A DNA stretch of 64,000 nt from Spirochaetaceae bacterium (GCA_965224705.1 OZ245056.1:576001-640000); one strand, 5' to 3'. Numbered from the stretch's first letter, positions 29,212 to 39,522 are shown. Program-made: numbers and translations. Notes: generated from the letters alone by a model not told the origin.

Positions 29212-30504
29212 TCAACCGCCGCGAATAAGCCTGAGTAGACCAAGACTTATGGCTGGAATATTGCTTACCATCAAAATCCCTACGATTTCTGCCAGGAGAA
29301 ACGGAACGATACGAACTGCTATTTTCTCCATTGTAACCCCATACTCTTTGACCAATCCCGCTGCAACAAAGAGATTAACCGCCATTGGAGGGGTGATCAT
29401 ACCAACAGACGTATTCACCACAATTATTGTGCCTGTAAGTATTGGATCCATTCCGATGTTGGACAGAAGCGGCAGGAGAATCGGTGCGATGAGAAGGATG
29501 ATTGCCTGCGTTTCAAGAAACACGCCCAGGAAGAGAAGCAGAACATTGGTGAGAGTTACGATCAAAAATGGATTCTGGGATAGGCTGAGCATGGCTGATG
29601 TAATCTGTTCCGATATTCGTGCGACTGTTATCAACCATGAAAAAGACTGACTGGTGGCAATGACGAAGAATACAACAGCACTGCTTATACCAGCTTTGAT
29701 AATGACTTCCCGAAGCTCCTTCAGCCGCATTTCACGATAAACACAGATGGATACAATCAGACTGTAAACAACGGCAACCGCCCCCGCTTCAGTGGGTGTG
29801 AAAATACCTCCATATATCCCGCCAAGAATAATCAACGGCATCATGATGGCAAGGATTGACTCCTTAAGAGCGGTTCCCACATTTTTCATTGAAGAACGTT
29901 CTTCGGCTGGTATGCCAAGCTTCCGAGCCTGCATTATAACCAGAATCGAAAGAAACAGTGTCAAAAGTATGCCGGGAACTATACCGGCAATAAACATGTC
30001 TCCAATTGAAACACCTGCAACAACACCGAAAGTAATCATGGGTATTGATGGAGGTATGATAACACCCAGAGTTCCGCCAGCAGCAGTGACAGAAGCCGCA
30101 AATGCGGCTGGATAACCCTTTCCCACCATTGCTGGAACCATTATCCCGCCAATGGCAGCAACTGTTGCAGGGTTGGAACCGCTGATAGCGCCAAAAAATG
30201 CACTTGCAACAATTGTAACAAGCCCAAGACTGCCGCGTATATTGCCGATGAGGGCGGAAGCAAGGTTAATCAGCCGCTTTGAAATACCACCCTTCCCCAT
30301 TATTCCGCCTGCAAGCATGAAAAAGGGAATTGCCATGAAAGGAAACGAGTCTACAGCGGTGAACATCCTTTGAGCCACTACAATGGGTTCCATTGGCAGC
30401 GAACTCACCATTACACCAAACATGGCTGCAAGACCAATTGATATTGCCACCGGTACATTGATGAAGATCAATCCGATAAGGGAACCGAACATTGCCAGAC
30501 CCAT
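29212..30504 (-). CDS. dctM: TRAP transporter large permease
   Basis: AIPFFMLAG, IIPPSI, FTPTEA and ITPP motifs. Confidence 0.95.
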   Translation of the reverse strand: MGLAMFGSLIGLIFINVPVAISIGLAAMFGVMVSSLPMEPIVVAQRMFTAVDSFPFMAIPFFMLAGGIMGKGGISKRLINLASALIGNIRGSLGLVTIVASAFFGAISGSNPATVAAIGGIMVPAMVGKGYPAAFAASVTAAGGTLGVIIPPSIPMITFGVVAGVSIGDMFIAGIVPGILLTLFLSILVIMQARKLGIPAEERSSMKNVGTALKESILAIMMPLIILGGIYGGIFTPTEAGAVAVVYSLIVSICVYREMRLKELREVIIKAGISSAVVFFVIATSQSFSWLITVARISEQITSAMLSLSQNPFLIVTLTNVLLLFLGVFLETQAIILLIAPILLPLLSNIGMDPILTGTIIVVNTSVGMITPPMAVNLFVAAGLVKEYGVTMEKIAVRIVPFLLAEIVGILMVSNIPAISLGLLRLIRGG

Positions 30505-30505
30505 A

Positions 30506-30985
30506 TCAGTTCACCTTCATTTTCAGCGATCGTCTTGCTGAAATAAATCCCTGAATTGTGCGGATACTCAAAAGAACCATCCCATAAGGCACCGCAGCAT
30601 ACATAATCCAGATCGGGATGAATAATGCAGGAGATGTCTGCTTCATGGCTATCAAATTCTGAATGATCTGGATCATGTATACCACAATGGAAGCAGCAAA
30701 AAACAGAAGCAGTAAGAGACTGATGATATCCAGAATGTAGCGTAACCGGGCATTTCTGACACGTTCCACAAGAAATCCAACACTGATGTGTGAACCGGTT
30801 TTCATGGCCAGCCCTACTCCTGTATATGCCAGGTAAACCATGATATAACGCGCTAATTCTTCTCCCCAGAACATCGGGAAGAGATCCAGATAACGAGCAA
30901 CAGTAGCAATGAAAACAATGATAACCATTGCCGGAAACAGCACAAGAATCGTGTTTTCTTCAAAACGATCAAAATACTTCAACAT
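30506..30985 (-). CDS. dctQ: TRAP transporter small permease
   Basis: Four transmembrane segments; WGEELARY, HISV and SPAL. Confidence 0.92.
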   Translation of the reverse strand: MLKYFDRFEENTILVLFPAMVIIVFIATVARYLDLFPMFWGEELARYIMVYLAYTGVGLAMKTGSHISVGFLVERVRNARLRYILDIISLLLLLFFAASIVVYMIQIIQNLIAMKQTSPALFIPIWIMYAAVPYGMVLLSIRTIQGFISARRSLKMKVN

Positions 30986-31031
30986 AACATCTCCCTGAAA
31001 TTGGTCCGCCCTGAACGAACGGACCGTCTAA

Positions 31032-32036
31032 TCACTGCTGTGCAGCAATAAAACTTCTTACCATTTCCTGGTCAATTTTATCGGCAAACTGCTGATAGAC
31101 TGGCTGAACCATTTCAAACCATTCAGTTGCATCTACATCAGCAATCTGCATCCCTCTTTCCTGGAGTTTTTTACGGAGATCCTGTTCTCCTTTCATACTG
31201 AAATTACGCTGCCACTTCCGTGATTCTGCTTCTGCCTGAGTAACAATCTGCCGTTCTTCTTCAGTCAGTGTGTTGTTCCAGAAATCAAGATTTATCAGTA
31301 ATACCGCTGGTGAGTAAAAATGACCGGTCAGAGAGAGATAATCCTGAACTTCATAGAACTTACTTGTATCGATGATCACCAATGGATTCTCCTGACCATC
31401 CACAGTACTCTGCTGGAGAGCGGTAAAGAGTTCTCCGAACGGCATGGGAACTGCCCGGGCACCGAGAGTTTCAAACGTTGAAACATGGATCGGGTTTTCC
31501 ATCAAGCGAATTTTGAGGCCATCCATATCTTTAGGGGATTCAACAAACCTCCTGGAATTGGTGAGATTACGAAATCCATTTTCCCAGATACCAAGCCCCT
31601 TGATTCCAGAGGACTCAAGACTCGATAGAATCTTCTTACCATTGGGGCCATCCATCCATGTGTAGGCTTTTTGTCTATCCTGTACGATGAATGGTAAATC
31701 AAAAACCATAAAAGCATTGGTAAAATTAGGAAGAGGCCCGGTCGATGTAAGCGTTGCTTCTATCGTACCAAGCGAAACTCCCTCTACAACATCCCTCTCA
31801 CTGCCAAGTTGTGCACTATGAAAAACCTCTACTTTTACAGATCCATTTGACCGAGATTCAACCAATTCCTTCCAATGCATCAGTCCCTGATGATAGTGAC
31901 TCTCGGGAGCCAGGGTATGGGAAACACGAATCGTCTTCACCCCTCCTTCGCTTCCTTCCTTCTGACCGTTAGCCAATACTATTCCTGCTAAAAGCAGAAA
32001 TCCAACTGCAAGCAGCAGTGCCCGTTTTGCCGTCAT
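31032..32036 (-). CDS. dctP: TRAP transporter solute-binding protein
   Basis: QLGSER, FDLPF, ENGFR, GLKIR and VDGQENP; AGGAGG ribosome-binding site. Confidence 0.95.
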   Translation of the reverse strand: MTAKRALLLAVGFLLLAGIVLANGQKEGSEGGVKTIRVSHTLAPESHYHQGLMHWKELVESRSNGSVKVEVFHSAQLGSERDVVEGVSLGTIEATLTSTGPLPNFTNAFMVFDLPFIVQDRQKAYTWMDGPNGKKILSSLESSGIKGLGIWENGFRNLTNSRRFVESPKDMDGLKIRLMENPIHVSTFETLGARAVPMPFGELFTALQQSTVDGQENPLVIIDTSKFYEVQDYLSLTGHFYSPAVLLINLDFWNNTLTEEERQIVTQAEAESRKWQRNFSMKGEQDLRKKLQERGMQIADVDATEWFEMVQPVYQQFADKIDQEMVRSFIAAQQ

Positions 32037-32106
32037 ATTCGACCTCCTAAAAAATTCAACCGCTGAAAATGCGGTATGTTTCATTAACATGAGGAAATTC
32101 TGATCC

Positions 32107-32889
32107 TCATTTCACAGAATCTGGAACAACATGGCACACCTTATCCGGATCTACTCCACGCTTTTCCCATTCCTCCTCAGAGTAATCAATATCAGTGATT
32201 ATGTGGTCAAATGCATCAAGAGAGCTGATTCTCCAGAAACTGGAAATATTAAACTTCACCGAATCAGCAAGAAGAACCCGGACACTTGATACCCGCATTA
32301 TCTCCTGTTTGATTTTAGCCTTACCCATTGTGGGAGTGTAAAGGATTCCTTCAGAGGAAATACCCGCCACTCCGATTATTCCAACGTCCACATTCATCTC
32401 GGAAAAAAACTGCTCCGTGTAAGGCCCCAGGAGAGCTCCTGTGCTATTCTGTATTTCCCCTCCAGCAACAAAGGCATGGCACCCGATTTGGTACAACTCC
32501 GATGCAATACGAAGATCGCTTGTTATAGCCGTGATATTTTTTTTCGTACCAAGAAGACGGGCAACCTCAAAGGTTGATGTTCCCGCATCAAGGATGAGAG
32601 ATGTACCATTGGAGATAAGTTCAAGACAGCGGCGTGCCATGGCTGTTTTGGCTCCATGTGTGTGGATCTTCTTATCATCATAGTTCTCTTCATTGCTTAT
32701 AATGCGATTATCAGTACTGACTGCACCTCCATAAGTTCGCGTAAGCTTTCCCTGCTCTTCCAGAGTTTTAAGATCCCTCCTAATCGTGATTGCACTTACC
32801 TGCAATTCTCTTGCAAGTTCGTCAACTTTGACTGCTGAATCCCGATCAATCCTGGCATGTATATAGCGAATTCTTTCAACACCTAACAT
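32107..32889 (-). CDS. DeoR/GlpR family transcriptional regulator
   Basis: VSAITIRRDL helix-turn-helix, RTYGGA, LDAGTS and LADSVKF. Confidence 0.95.
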   Translation of the reverse strand: MLGVERIRYIHARIDRDSAVKVDELARELQVSAITIRRDLKTLEEQGKLTRTYGGAVSTDNRIISNEENYDDKKIHTHGAKTAMARRCLELISNGTSLILDAGTSTFEVARLLGTKKNITAITSDLRIASELYQIGCHAFVAGGEIQNSTGALLGPYTEQFFSEMNVDVGIIGVAGISSEGILYTPTMGKAKIKQEIMRVSSVRVLLADSVKFNISSFWRISSLDAFDHIITDIDYSEEEWEKRGVDPDKVCHVVPDSVK

Positions 32890-32901
32890 AAGATCCTCTT
32901 G

Positions 32902-32984
32902 AAAGTATGTTTCATACTTTTTTGCGAAATGTCAAGATTTTTCTTGATTTTTCTTGATTTTTTTTGATTCCTTTTGATCTTTCG
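32902..32984 (-). promoter_or_regulatory. Control region of the DeoR-TRAP operon: palindrome, TTGACA and five 10-bp phased repeats
   Basis: AAAGTATG-ttt-CATACTTT at 32902-32920; TGTCAA at 32930-32935; AGATTTTTCT/TGATTTTTCT/TGATTTTTTT/TGATTCCTTT/TGATCTTTCG at 32935-32984. Confidence 0.6.
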
Positions 32985-33006
32985 TCATTGCCGACGAGAA
33001 ATATCC

Positions 33007-33433
33007 AGTGTCAGAAAGCTTGTTAATTCAATAAAACCCTATGCCAGGCTCGTTATAGCATAGTAAGAGAACAATTTATAAGGAGATTTACTGTGTCATT
33101 TCCTCACTGCCCCAACCCGAAATGTATCAATTTCAGGGCTCCGAAGCAAAAAAACTTGTTTCCGATGCACAGTTCATACAACACAAAAGCCCTGGAACAG
33201 TCCAACATTACATCTGCAATGATTGTAAAAGACCTTTTCCCGCCCAGACTTTTCCATTGATTACCATGCGAAAAAAGTCATCGACTACGATGAAACTTTT
33301 ACACAGATGGTGACCTTTTCAGTGTGAATGACATCAGCCGCCACCTGAAAATTTCTTCCAATGAAGCACAGGATGAAGAAAAAACTGGAATCCCTGAATG
33401 GGTTGAAAGAGGTTCTACAGGCTTTCTGACACT
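33007..33433 (+). mobile_element. Family B element: deleted IS carrying a frameshifted transposase 5' end
   Basis: Same termini; the first ~230 bp align with 25000-25230. Encodes HCPNPKC...GTVQHYICNDCKRPF...SIDYHAKK across frameshifts. Confidence 0.85.
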
Positions 33434-33458
33434 ACGATATTATTACTGATTCCCCTGG

Positions 33459-33619
33459 GAGTCTGTCGGATTTACGTCTCACGGCTCGATTTTCGCCCTT
33501 TTTCCTGCTACCGCGTTGCCAAAATACTCACGCAGCCCAGCTACACTTGAGTTTTTGTCGCCTTGCATCAGGGAAAAATCATCAAAAATCGCCTCGAAGT
33601 CTTAAAATCCGACAGGCTC
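33459..33619 (-). mobile_element. Family A MITE copy 4 (161 bp, reverse orientation)
   Basis: GAGTCTGTCGGA...TCCGACAGGCTC; target duplication CTGG. Confidence 0.92.
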
Positions 33620-33700
33620 CTGGAAAAATGATGATAAATACTCAGAAATCAATAAAACACTGACTGGAGATCGTCTTGAGAATCAAAGAGGTGAATGAAC

Positions 33701-35230
33701 ATGGAAATCTACGCATATGCAGCTTCCGGTTACGCAGGCCAGCTTGTTTCGGTGGAAGTAGACATCCGAAGAGGGATTCCTGGTCTGGACATCGTTGGCC
33801 TGCCCGATGGAGCTGTTCGAGAATCCCGCGAAAGGGTTCGCATCGCAGTCAATCGAAGCGGATTCAATTTCCCAATGGACAGAATTCTCGTCAATCTTTC
33901 ACCTGCTGACCTGAAGAAAGAAGGGGCCTCCTATGATTTGCCCATAGCTCTGGGCATCCTGATCGTGTCCAATCAACTACATTACACAGGTAAGCAGCCC
34001 ATCCTCTGCATTGGGGAACTGATGCTTGATGGTTCAGTTCGTCCGGTGCATGGAATCCTGCCAGCAGTGGCCGCAGGCAGAAGCAGCGGTATCAAGAAAT
34101 TCATTGTTCCAAAAATCAATCTTCCAGAAGCCAGAACACTGGCCAATCAGTATTCCTCAGGGATTGCTCATCTCACAGAACTCCAGCAAGTACTGATGGA
34201 ATCCCGGAAGTCTGTTTCCAGTCAACAATACACAACTGAGCCAACCGATTCCACACTGTGCCAGGATATATCGGAGTTACATGGTCAACCTATACTGAAG
34301 AGAGTCCTGGAACTATGTGCCTCCGGAGGTCATCATCTCATTGTTTTTGGACCTCCGGGCAGCGGTAAAACGATGGGCATACGAACACTGCCTGGATTGC
34401 TTCCCAACCTTGATGTCGTGAAATCAATTGAAGTAACACGAATCTGGTCTCAAGCCGGAAACTTGAATGAGAAACAGGGACTCATCCAGCGTCCCCCTTT
34501 TCGGGAACCCCATCATACCTCCACCAGTGAGGGATTGGTGGGCGGAGCAGCCGGGAAACCCGGCGAAGCATCCCTGGCCCATGGAGGCATTCTTTTTCTG
34601 GATGAGGCTCCTGAATTCGGCAGCCGGGTTTTGCAATCCCTGAGAGAGCCGCTTGAATCAGGCCGTGTGGATATGGCACGAGCTGGAAGACAGTGGTGGT
34701 ATCCGGCAGAATTCCAACTCGTCATGGCCATGAATCCCTGTCCATGCGGCAATCTTGGCCGTGAAGAAGTTTCCTGCTGCATCTGTACCCCTCCCGAAAT
34801 AAGCCGCTACTGGCGAAAGATAGGCGGAGCCCTGATGGATAGAATTGATCTCCGGGTACCTGTTTCACCTGTTGACCCTCAAACCCTTCTCGATCCGCCT
34901 GGAGAGGATTCTCAAACGGTGAGAGCCAGGGTGGAAGGAGCCAGGAGTCGACAGTATCACCGGTACAGAAACTGCCGGTGGAGAATAAACGCCGACATAC
35001 CCCCGGGAGAGTTCAAAAAATTTGTACAGCTGGATGAGTCAACATCCCTCTTTTTCACCGAAGCGGTACGGAAGCTTGGTTTTTCTTCACGGGCCGCCCA
35101 TGGTGTCTTACGGATCGCCCGAACCATGGCAGACCTGGAAGGACGTCAAGATGTCAACACAGAAGATATTCTGGAGGCAGTACAGCATCGGCGTTTTGGC
35201 AATCGGGATCTCTTCTGGACAACTATCTGA
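33701..35230 (+). CDS. comM: YifB/ComM Mg-chelatase-like AAA+ ATPase
   Basis: IVGLPD, NLSPADLKKEG, GPPGSGKT, PFREPHH, LFLDE, NPCPCG and DRIDL. Confidence 0.93.
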   Translation: MEIYAYAASGYAGQLVSVEVDIRRGIPGLDIVGLPDGAVRESRERVRIAVNRSGFNFPMDRILVNLSPADLKKEGASYDLPIALGILIVSNQLHYTGKQPILCIGELMLDGSVRPVHGILPAVAAGRSSGIKKFIVPKINLPEARTLANQYSSGIAHLTELQQVLMESRKSVSSQQYTTEPTDSTLCQDISELHGQPILKRVLELCASGGHHLIVFGPPGSGKTMGIRTLPGLLPNLDVVKSIEVTRIWSQAGNLNEKQGLIQRPPFREPHHTSTSEGLVGGAAGKPGEASLAHGGILFLDEAPEFGSRVLQSLREPLESGRVDMARAGRQWWYPAEFQLVMAMNPCPCGNLGREEVSCCICTPPEISRYWRKIGGALMDRIDLRVPVSPVDPQTLLDPPGEDSQTVRARVEGARSRQYHRYRNCRWRINADIPPGEFKKFVQLDESTSLFFTEAVRKLGFSSRAAHGVLRIARTMADLEGRQDVNTEDILEAVQHRRFGNRDLFWTTI

Positions 35231-35385
35231 GTCCACAGTTCCCTTCCATGTAGGCTTATCGCAGGAAATGTTCCTGGAGTTACGTTCCCGGCAGGCTTGT
35301 TAGAGATACGCCTGCAACAGCCGCACCACAACCGGGTGAGGCAAAGGTTCACTTGATTTTGAAACTGAAGCAGCAAATAACTCAC

Positions 35386-36000
35386 TCATAACTTATCAGG
35401 AAGCTGGAAGATCATTCTGATCTCCTGTTTACCCTGAGTAACAACTTCATTGTATTGAGCATTAATGCTGGCAATCTGTTCTAAATACGCCTTCGTAAAA
35501 TCGGGATCCTGTTCCGGTGTCAGCTTGAATGATTGTCCTGTTTGTTTTCTCAGCAAATCCTCTTTCTGCCTGAGATGAGGTTCCCACTGAGAACGAAGGT
35601 TATTTTCCAACTGGTTGAGAGATTCCAGATATTGTCTGAAAAGCTTCTGAAAATGATTGATCAGATGATCAAGTTTTTTGCTTCCAGAGGATTTCCCTGC
35701 CAGAGCCTTTAAGCCATCAGCGACTGCCTTGAAAGGAGATAAGGTTGTTTCGGAAGCAGGAAGGCTGATATTGGCCAGGAAAGTGGTCAAAATACCCTCC
35801 CTTACCCAGGAGAGTTCACTGCCTTTTAGTTTTTTCAGTTCGCTCTCAAAAGGATTCTCCCCGGGTGAATCCAGATAACGTCCGGCAAGGTTCTTTCCAA
35901 TACTGATTGAGTCATTCCTGCGAAGAGCCTCCTTATCAATCTTCACATCATCTGTGCGCTCCAGAGCAAGCTCCAGTGCTGATTTTATCCTGCTCATCAT
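35386..36000 (-). CDS. Conserved hypothetical helical protein
   Basis: MSRIKSALELALERT start with GGAGGA ribosome-binding site; ~204 aa, coiled-coil-rich. Confidence 0.75.
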   Translation of the reverse strand: MMSRIKSALELALERTDDVKIDKEALRRNDSISIGKNLAGRYLDSPGENPFESELKKLKGSELSWVREGILTTFLANISLPASETTLSPFKAVADGLKALAGKSSGSKKLDHLINHFQKLFRQYLESLNQLENNLRSQWEPHLRQKEDLLRKQTGQSFKLTPEQDPDFTKAYLEQIASINAQYNEVVTQGKQEIRMIFQLPDKL

Positions 36001-36128
36001 GTTTCCTCCAATTGATAAGATTGCACAAATAGACTCCAGAAACAAGTGCATGACTCATTCCAGGAACTTGACCAAAGTATCAGATAGGGACATGATGTAC
36101 AGGTTATAAACAGGTAAAAAGGAATATC

Positions 36129-37391
36129 ATGTACCATAAAAAAATAGAGAAGCGTGTCGTTATTACAGGATTGGGAACAATTAATCCGATTGCCAACGAT
36201 GTTGAAAGCTACTGGGAAGGTCTGAAGGCCGGTCGATCGGGTATCCGTCGAATCCAGCATGTTAATCTTGACAAATATCATATACATATCGGCGGTGAGG
36301 TTGATTTCCCCGATAATCTGAGATCCTACTTCAAACAGCCTAAGATGATTAAGAGGCTGGACCGCAACATAATTTATGCGCAGGTGGCAGGCATGCAGGC
36401 TCTCCGTGATTCCGGGATAACTGCCGAAGATATGGCCTTTAGATGCGGTGTCGTAATAGGAACGGGCTCCGGGGGTATTCGTGCCCACCAGATAAACCTG
36501 GACCGTGTACATGACGGTAATCTATACGAAGTTTCACCATTCTATCTGATCAGTGCAATTCCAAGCACAGCTACAAGTTATTTTGCTAAAGAAGCAGGAC
36601 TCAAAGGACCCATTTTCTCAATAAATTCAGCCTGTGCCTCGGGAAATCATACATTCGGAGTCGCCTCCATGCTGATCAAGGCAGGTATGGCTGACATAAT
36701 CTTTGCCGGTGGTACAGAATCAGCAGTCAACCACCCGGGAATTATTGCATTTGGAAATATATCGGCTTTATCGACTCGAAATGATGAGCCTCAAAAGGCC
36801 AGTCGTCCCTTTGATGTTGACAGGGATGGCTGTGTACTGGGTGACGGTGCTGGCGTCCTCTGCCTGGAAGAACTGGAACATGCCAGATCCCGAGGTGCCA
36901 GAATCTACGGCGAACTGACAGGATATGGATTTACCAGTGATGCAAGTGATCTGGTTGCCCCCCACCCGGAAGCCGAGGGTTCAACTCGGGCGATCCACTC
37001 AGCTCTGGAAATGGCCGGGCTGCAAACTTCCGATATCGGGCTTATTAACGCTCATGGAACTTCTACGCCAATCGGCGATTCACTGGAAGCCCTGGGGATT
37101 CAAAAAGTATTTAAAGAAAGAAGCTCTGAAATTCCTGTTCACAGCACCAAATCAATGGTTGGTCATCTTCTTGGTGGTGCCAGTGCTGTAGAAGCCATTG
37201 CAGCACTCATGGTTTTCAATGAGAATACTGTCCATGCAACTGTGAACTATGATAATCCGGATCCCGATATAAACCTCAACATCGTTTCAGAAAACATGGA
37301 TGGTTCTCACATTGATCACATCCTTTCCAATGCCTTCGGATTCGGCGGAATGAACGCCTGTGTTGTTCTTTCACGCTATAAAGAGGAATGA
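36129..37391 (+). CDS. fabF: 3-oxoacyl-ACP synthase II (FabF-like)
   Basis: VVITGLG, SACASG, SRPFD, NAHGTST, STKSMVGH and SNAFGFGG; Cys-His-His triad intact. Confidence 0.93.
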   Translation: MYHKKIEKRVVITGLGTINPIANDVESYWEGLKAGRSGIRRIQHVNLDKYHIHIGGEVDFPDNLRSYFKQPKMIKRLDRNIIYAQVAGMQALRDSGITAEDMAFRCGVVIGTGSGGIRAHQINLDRVHDGNLYEVSPFYLISAIPSTATSYFAKEAGLKGPIFSINSACASGNHTFGVASMLIKAGMADIIFAGGTESAVNHPGIIAFGNISALSTRNDEPQKASRPFDVDRDGCVLGDGAGVLCLEELEHARSRGARIYGELTGYGFTSDASDLVAPHPEAEGSTRAIHSALEMAGLQTSDIGLINAHGTSTPIGDSLEALGIQKVFKERSSEIPVHSTKSMVGHLLGGASAVEAIAALMVFNENTVHATVNYDNPDPDINLNIVSENMDGSHIDHILSNAFGFGGMNACVVLSRYKEE

Positions 37392-37483
37392 GCATAAAGA
37401 AAAGCCCCTTACCCGGAACAATACCCCTTCGTTCAATGATACCGAAGAATTGAGTCCGGCCGGAAGCGCTGCTGCCTGCTCGG

Positions 37484-38326
37484 CTATGCCGCTGTGTATG
37501 CCCTCAGCGAATGAGATCTTGAAGGATGACGCAGACGATTCAAAGCTTTCTTCTCAATCTGTCTGATCCGTTCCTTGGTAAGTCCCAATATATCACCAAT
37601 CTCTTTCAATGAAAGAGAGCGGGTATCACCCAGCCCAAAACGGTATCTGATGACTTTTGCCTCTTTTTCAGACAGTGTTCCAAGCACATCATCAATCTCT
37701 TTAGTCAGCATTTTCCTGATGGCCTGCTCCTCAGGAGCAGCGGACAGAACATCTTCAATGAAATCACCAAGGTTGGATGTATCCTCTTTATCATAAACTG
37801 GTGTCTCAAGGGAAACCAGATCTCTGCTGATTGCCTGAAGAACCTTTACGTCTTCTTCCTTAATCCCGGTAATATTGGCGATGAAAGCATCGGAAGGTTG
37901 ATTCCCATATTCGGACAAATATGCTTTCTTGGTGTTTTTAATCTGTACAAGCTCATTGGCTCGATTCATTGGGAGCCGAATCATTCGGGATTTCTCATAA
38001 ATAGCTTTGAGAATGGCCTGGCGAATCCACCAGACAGCATACGAGATGAAGTGATATCCCTTATCAGGATCGTATCGGCTGATGGCATTCATTAATCCAA
38101 TATTTCCTTCACTGATAAGATCTTCCAGAGGTAAACCTTGATTTTGAAATTTCTTCGCTGTACTGACAACAAATCTCAAATTCGCCTCAATAAGCTTTAA
38201 TTGAGCATCTTTGCTGCCGGATGCGGCTGCACGAGCGATTATGTCCTCCTGCTCCCGTGTAAGCAGAGGAACTTCATTGATCTCCTTGAAATACAGAGAT
38301 AGATCATTATCTTTTTTCAACTGCAT
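37484..38326 (-). CDS. Short sigma70 group 1/2-type factor lacking region 1.1 (RpoS-like)
   Basis: LYFKEI, ANLRFVV, DLISEGNIGL, FISYAVWWIRQ and LTKERIRQIEKKAL; ~280 aa. Confidence 0.9.
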   Translation of the reverse strand: MQLKKDNDLSLYFKEINEVPLLTREQEDIIARAAASGSKDAQLKLIEANLRFVVSTAKKFQNQGLPLEDLISEGNIGLMNAISRYDPDKGYHFISYAVWWIRQAILKAIYEKSRMIRLPMNRANELVQIKNTKKAYLSEYGNQPSDAFIANITGIKEEDVKVLQAISRDLVSLETPVYDKEDTSNLGDFIEDVLSAAPEEQAIRKMLTKEIDDVLGTLSEKEAKVIRYRFGLGDTRSLSLKEIGDILGLTKERIRQIEKKALNRLRHPSRSHSLRAYTAA

Positions 38327-38348
38327 TATCATCTCCTGCCTGCAAACA

Positions 38349-38364
38349 AGCAAGAAACGGGCCA
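38349..38364 (-). promoter_or_regulatory. sigma54 (-24/-12) promoter candidate
   Basis: Minus strand TGGCCCGTTTCTTGCT = GG-N10-GC with TGGC and TTGC cores, just upstream of the CAGGAG ribosome-binding site of the sigma gene. Confidence 0.7.
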
Positions 38365-38501
38365 AATTTGAAGCTGTTCTATATATTTTATTATTCTATA
38401 ATAACTTATATTTTTTTCATCTGAACTATTTTACGGAGTAACGTCTCTGTTGTACTTTGAGAGTAGCGGGAATCCTTTAAATTGGGCCATTTCTACCCAT
38501 T

Positions 38502-38861
38502 TCAACTACACGGCTCACTAATTGAGTCATAATAACCCATGTCATGGGTTGATGACTCGAAATTGAGACATGGTAACCCGATTCTCAAGTCGTTGACAAA
38601 GTCAAATGGTACGTATGAATTTGGATTATCAGCGACAAAACCCGGGAACACAATGGTAGTACCCCAGTATAAGGTATCCCGTCCCTGACGGCTTAAGCAT
38701 TTCCATTGACTGGAATAACACAGCTCAACCCATGCATCAGTAATCATGCCCATCACAGCATCAAATTCGCAGCGGCCAGAGAAGCGTTTCTGGGGCCGTG
38801 ATGATAAATACCGATTCACCTGGATGTGTTGAAATCTCAGAATCTCCTCTTTAACATCCAC
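38502..38861 (-). CDS. Hypothetical protein
   Basis: 119-aa ORF, GTG start with GGAGA upstream; no family recognised. Confidence 0.55.
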   Translation of the reverse strand: MDVKEEILRFQHIQVNRYLSSRPQKRFSGRCEFDAVMGMITDAWVELCYSSQWKCLSRQGRDTLYWGTTIVFPGFVADNPNSYVPFDFVNDLRIGLPCLNFESSTHDMGYYDSISEPCS

Positions 38862-38938
38862 AAATGTTTGTCTCCAAGTCTTGATACAAACAAGATAGTT
38901 ATGAATATAAGAAACGGCAATACTTTTTTATGCGATTG

Positions 38939-39469
38939 TTAATCCAATACTGTTACTTCCAGAAGTGCGGCTGTGGCGACTTTCCCACTCACAAGAACCT
39001 GCCCCAGAAGAGTACCAAAATAGGCATCATATTCAACCACACGGGCAAGCAGAGTCATTGTATCGCCCGGTTTTACTTCACTTCTGAAATAGACACCTTT
39101 GATACGGGTTGCCCGGATATTGGGGGGTGTTGCATCATGGCCAATACTGGTGGCATTGTTCTCCATGAAATGAACAAGACACAGGCCTGTTTGACCGATG
39201 GCCTCCACCTGTAAAGTACCGGGATAGACTGGATAGTCTGGAAAATGTCCCTGGAAGAGTGGGAGTTCCGGCGATAGATGATACTCACCTGAGATAATCC
39301 TGTTCTCCAGATCAATTCCCGTGAGATATTCGACAAGAAGAAATGGCTCCCGGTGAGGAAGTATACATTTTATATCGGATAGACCGTAGTCAATTCTGCA
39401 TGGTAAGGCTTCAGGATTGCACAGGGGAACACGGCGATGATGCTTCAGCAGATTGTCTTCGCTATCCAC
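38939..39469 (-). CDS. fabZ: 3-hydroxyacyl-ACP dehydratase (FabZ-like)
   Basis: LPHREPFLLV, FQGHFP, PGTLQVEA and FRSEVKPGD. Confidence 0.9.
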   Translation of the reverse strand: MDSEDNLLKHHRRVPLCNPEALPCRIDYGLSDIKCILPHREPFLLVEYLTGIDLENRIISGEYHLSPELPLFQGHFPDYPVYPGTLQVEAIGQTGLCLVHFMENNATSIGHDATPPNIRATRIKGVYFRSEVKPGDTMTLLARVVEYDAYFGTLLGQVLVSGKVATAALLEVTVLD

Positions 39470-39522
39470 AGAACACCCCTGACGAAATTCTTCTGCTTCT
39501 GATGTGTGATCCGCCCATGGTA

